A stretch of DNA of 64,000 nucleotides, taken from assembly GCF_004010195.1 (NCBI RefSeq), contig NC_057751.1:575248-639247 (forward strand), given 5' to 3'. The notes beneath the pieces were generated by a model. It saw only the letters and a program-made list of their open reading frames with translations, ran no database searches and had not been told where the DNA came from. This document shows positions 61,102 to 64,000 of the stretch, piece after piece. The position numbers and the translations under genes were made by a program. Position 1 is the first letter of the stretch. The number at the start of each line of letters is the position of its first letter. This stretch comes from Chiloscyllium plagiosum (Eukaryota).

Positions 61102-62489
61102 CTGCAAATGAAGAAAAGTGAAGATTTCGACCTTTTCTACTCCTCTTCAATATCAGGACACATTGCTGTCTTTTCCTTTGGATTTCACCTGAATAGCAGC
61201 TGAACAGAGATTTCACGGTAAAGTCACTATTGAGTAGTTCTATTTATCAGGGGACTTATTGATCCTTGAACCATCATTACATACGCAGATATGAATTATC
61301 ACATTGCTGTTTCAGCAGCGGGAATTGAGAGTGTGAGCCAGGGATCAGCCAGGAAGGGACGTTTCAATATAAAATACTTACCTCATGAATCGACAGAGCG
61401 AAGGCTGAATGTGAGTGGAAGCGGACACGGGTACTACTGAGTAAGTGAACTAATATATTCAGGCAGTGGCTAAACCTGAAACACTGCACATGCAGCATCT
61501 TCCTCCTCTAACCAAAAAACACAGACTCTGTCACAAGTACTGTATTTTGGATGAGTTGTTTCACTGAGACTCTATCTGCTGCTTGGATAAATAGAAAAGG
61601 TGCCACAGTACTCTTTTGAAGAGCAACTTGCCTGGTATCCTGCCTGACTCATATTTATCCCTTCATTAACATTACGAGAAAAAGGCTTTTGTGAACATTA
61701 TTACTTCTGTGTTTTTGGGAGCATGCTGTGCTCAAACTAACTGACATGATTCTATGAGAGCTTCATTGACAGTGAAATTCCTTGGGAAGTTCTCAGAATG
61801 TGAAAGATGGTCTAAAAATGCAAACTGTTCTTTCTTTCGACCTACCTAAGTGACCGAAACCAATGATTCCAATTCTGTGAGATTTCCTCTTGTGGGCCAT
61901 TGCAGTGTCTGATCCCACTCCTGAAGTTCCTGCTCACCAACTTTCCTGAAAGACACAGACACAGGATGATGGGAAGGACTTTGTATCTACCCCAAGTCCA
62001 GCCACACTTTCCAGGCAAACGCAGCTCTATTCTGTCTCACATTTGTTGTTTTGAAGTCCCAGAATGTCCTGTTAGCTTGGTTGAGGGAGTCCCATTCAAT
62101 GGTGTTGAACTAAAATGACAGTTCAGGCTGTTATCTGAACAGATACAGGGGATCATTATGTTAACAGTGGCAGACAGAGGCCAGAGGAGGCCATGTTCAC
62201 TCTGGCCAGTGATTGCTGTAGCTATCAGATCCATATGGTCAAGACCTGCCAGGAGACCACTTCACAAGGTTTCACCCAATTGTTGTGTGTTCAACCTTGC
62301 AGTATATAAGTTGACTGCTTCGGCTCTTACATTACCACCGCAAGTCCAATGTTTCTGCTAAGCTGTGCACATTCAGGGCCACACACAACAAAATTAAGAT
62401 GCCAGATAAGTTGGCATGCCATATGCATTGAACCTTTGAGGGAATGTTGATAATTACCTTTTAGTGTTATAATGTCAAGGTTGAGACAC

Positions 62490-63285
62490 AGTCACTGAGT
62501 CTTACAGCACAAAAGGTGATCCCTTTGGCCCATCATGACCACAATGTTCATCAAACACCAATCTACTCTAATCCCATTTCCTCGCATTTAGTCCATAGCC
62601 TTGTATGTTTTCGCTTTTTAAGTATTCATCTAAACATTTCTAACGTTTCTGCCTTCACCAGTCTTTCAGGCAATGAGATCCAGTTACCCACTGTCCTCTG
62701 GGTGAAAATTCTTTACCTTGAATTCCGTCCAAAAGTCCTGCCCTTACTTTCAACCTATGCTTCCTAGTTTTGGCCTCCCCTACCCTGGGAAAAAGACTCT
62801 GGCCTATTCACTCCACCCATGCCCCTCATGATTTTATAAACCTCTATAAGGTCACCCCTCAGCCTCCAATACTTCAGGGAAAATAGCGCCAGCCCATTCA
62901 GCCTCTCCCTATAGCTCAAATTCTCCAACTCTGGCAACATCTTTGTAAATCTTTTCTGCACCCTCTCAAGTTTGACAATATTTTTCCTGCAGAAGGGCAA
63001 CCAGAATTGTATGTAGTATTCTAAAGTGGCTTCATCAATGTCCTGTACAGCCACAACATGACATCCCAACTCCTGTACTCAATGTTCTGACCAAAGAAGG
63101 TAAGCGTGCCAAATGCCTTCTTCACCACCCTGTCTACCTGCAACTCTATTTTTAAGGAACTATGCACCTGCATCCCTAGGTTCTCTGTCCGGCAACATTC
63201 CCCAGTGCTCTTTCATTAACTGAATAAGTCCTGCCCTGGTTTGCCTTACGAAAATGCACCATCTCACATTTATCTAAATTGAACT
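62490..63285 (-). mobile_element. CR1 3' fragment
   Basis: LEYYIQFWLP...ERVQKRFTKMLP...RLRGDLIEVYKIM. Confidence 0.88.
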
Positions 63286-63834
63286 CCAGTCGTAAAACAC
63301 CCTTTGACCAGCACTCTCAGCCTCCTGCCATGAAGCCAATTTTGAGTTGTGCAGATTTTTCATTGACAAGAGAGTTAAGGTTTGTTATAGTTAGACAGAA
63401 GTGTGAAGCTGAGACCACAACCAGATTGCAAATGAACCTGCTGACAGAATGTATGCCATAAAACACTCAGATTGTCCAGCACAAACCTCACCAATGAAAG
63501 ATCAGCCTGATTTTCCTAGACTTCAAAATCTCAGTTTCTTTCAGAATCACTGGAACTAAATAGAGGCTTGGAACAGAAGTGGACTTTCACCTGGCGAGTT
63601 AATCATAAATTGTTATGGTGAAAGAAGATTCGTCACATGATTTGCTTGTTGATCGCCTGCCCCCATCCAGCTTAAAGCAATACCCATATCTTTCTTTGAC
63701 CATCTCCTTAGTGACTGCTTGCAGCCTCTCTGACAGATTCCCAATTCCCATAGATTGTAGTACATAATTTTCTGTCACGCAACCATCCCACATTCCCCAC
63801 AGTGCACACTCAATCCACACACTTCCTTGTCTCC

Positions 63835-64000
63835 ATCCATTGTTATCATCCATAATCCTCAACAATGGAGCCCCCCCGCCCCAAGGATGTGCTCCCAGCC
63901 CCCTACTGTCCTCCCAAAACTGTACAGCTAAATTCCAAACAAACTTCACCTTCAAGTTTGCTGATGACACCACATGGTAGATTGGATATCAAACAATGAT
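63835..64000 (+). mobile_element. Rex1/Babar-like RT fragment running off the window
   Basis: GAP.QGCAPSPLL...FKFADDTT motifs. Confidence 0.7.

Noticed and set aside
61376..61450. ASPDH coding exon 1 (minus-strand donor GAG|gtaagt at ~61381)
   Set aside because: In the required phase an in-frame TGA precedes the donor, and no GxGxxG Rossmann motif is encoded. Coding exon 1 probably lies beyond the window.

Overview
Vertebrate genomic DNA, most likely a shark. It carries HE1-type and Deu-type SINEs, CR1/HER1-like LINEs and elasmobranch-style Penelope repeats; this taxonomy is inferred from recalled repeat families, not from a search. Two intron-containing genes converge tail to tail. The first is an ARID5-family transcription factor gene on + (5 coding exons, 28136-41666, 775 aa from the first visible Met). 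It is ARID5A-like but retains ARID5B-type motifs, with a candidate promoter at about 18.5-19 kb. The second is ASPDH on - (exons 2-7, 61101-51065; exon 1 not found, probably beyond the window). An intronless, disabled syntaxin-10-like retrocopy lies at 12210-12894 (-). Most other sequence is transposon-derived: CR1, L2-like, Rex1/Babar, SINEs and solo LTRs. The most striking non-genic signal is a set of more than 10 Penelope-like element (PLE) 3'-end insertions from at least three families. They carry minimal hammerhead-ribozyme motifs (CTGANGA-A-stemII-GAAA-CG-TC), intact in two copies and decayed in the rest. Many are folded back into palindromes and flanked by 10-16 bp target-site duplications (TSDs). 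The two intact copies lie in tandem at 1011 and 1227. All homology calls come from manual translation and remembered protein motifs; no database search was run.
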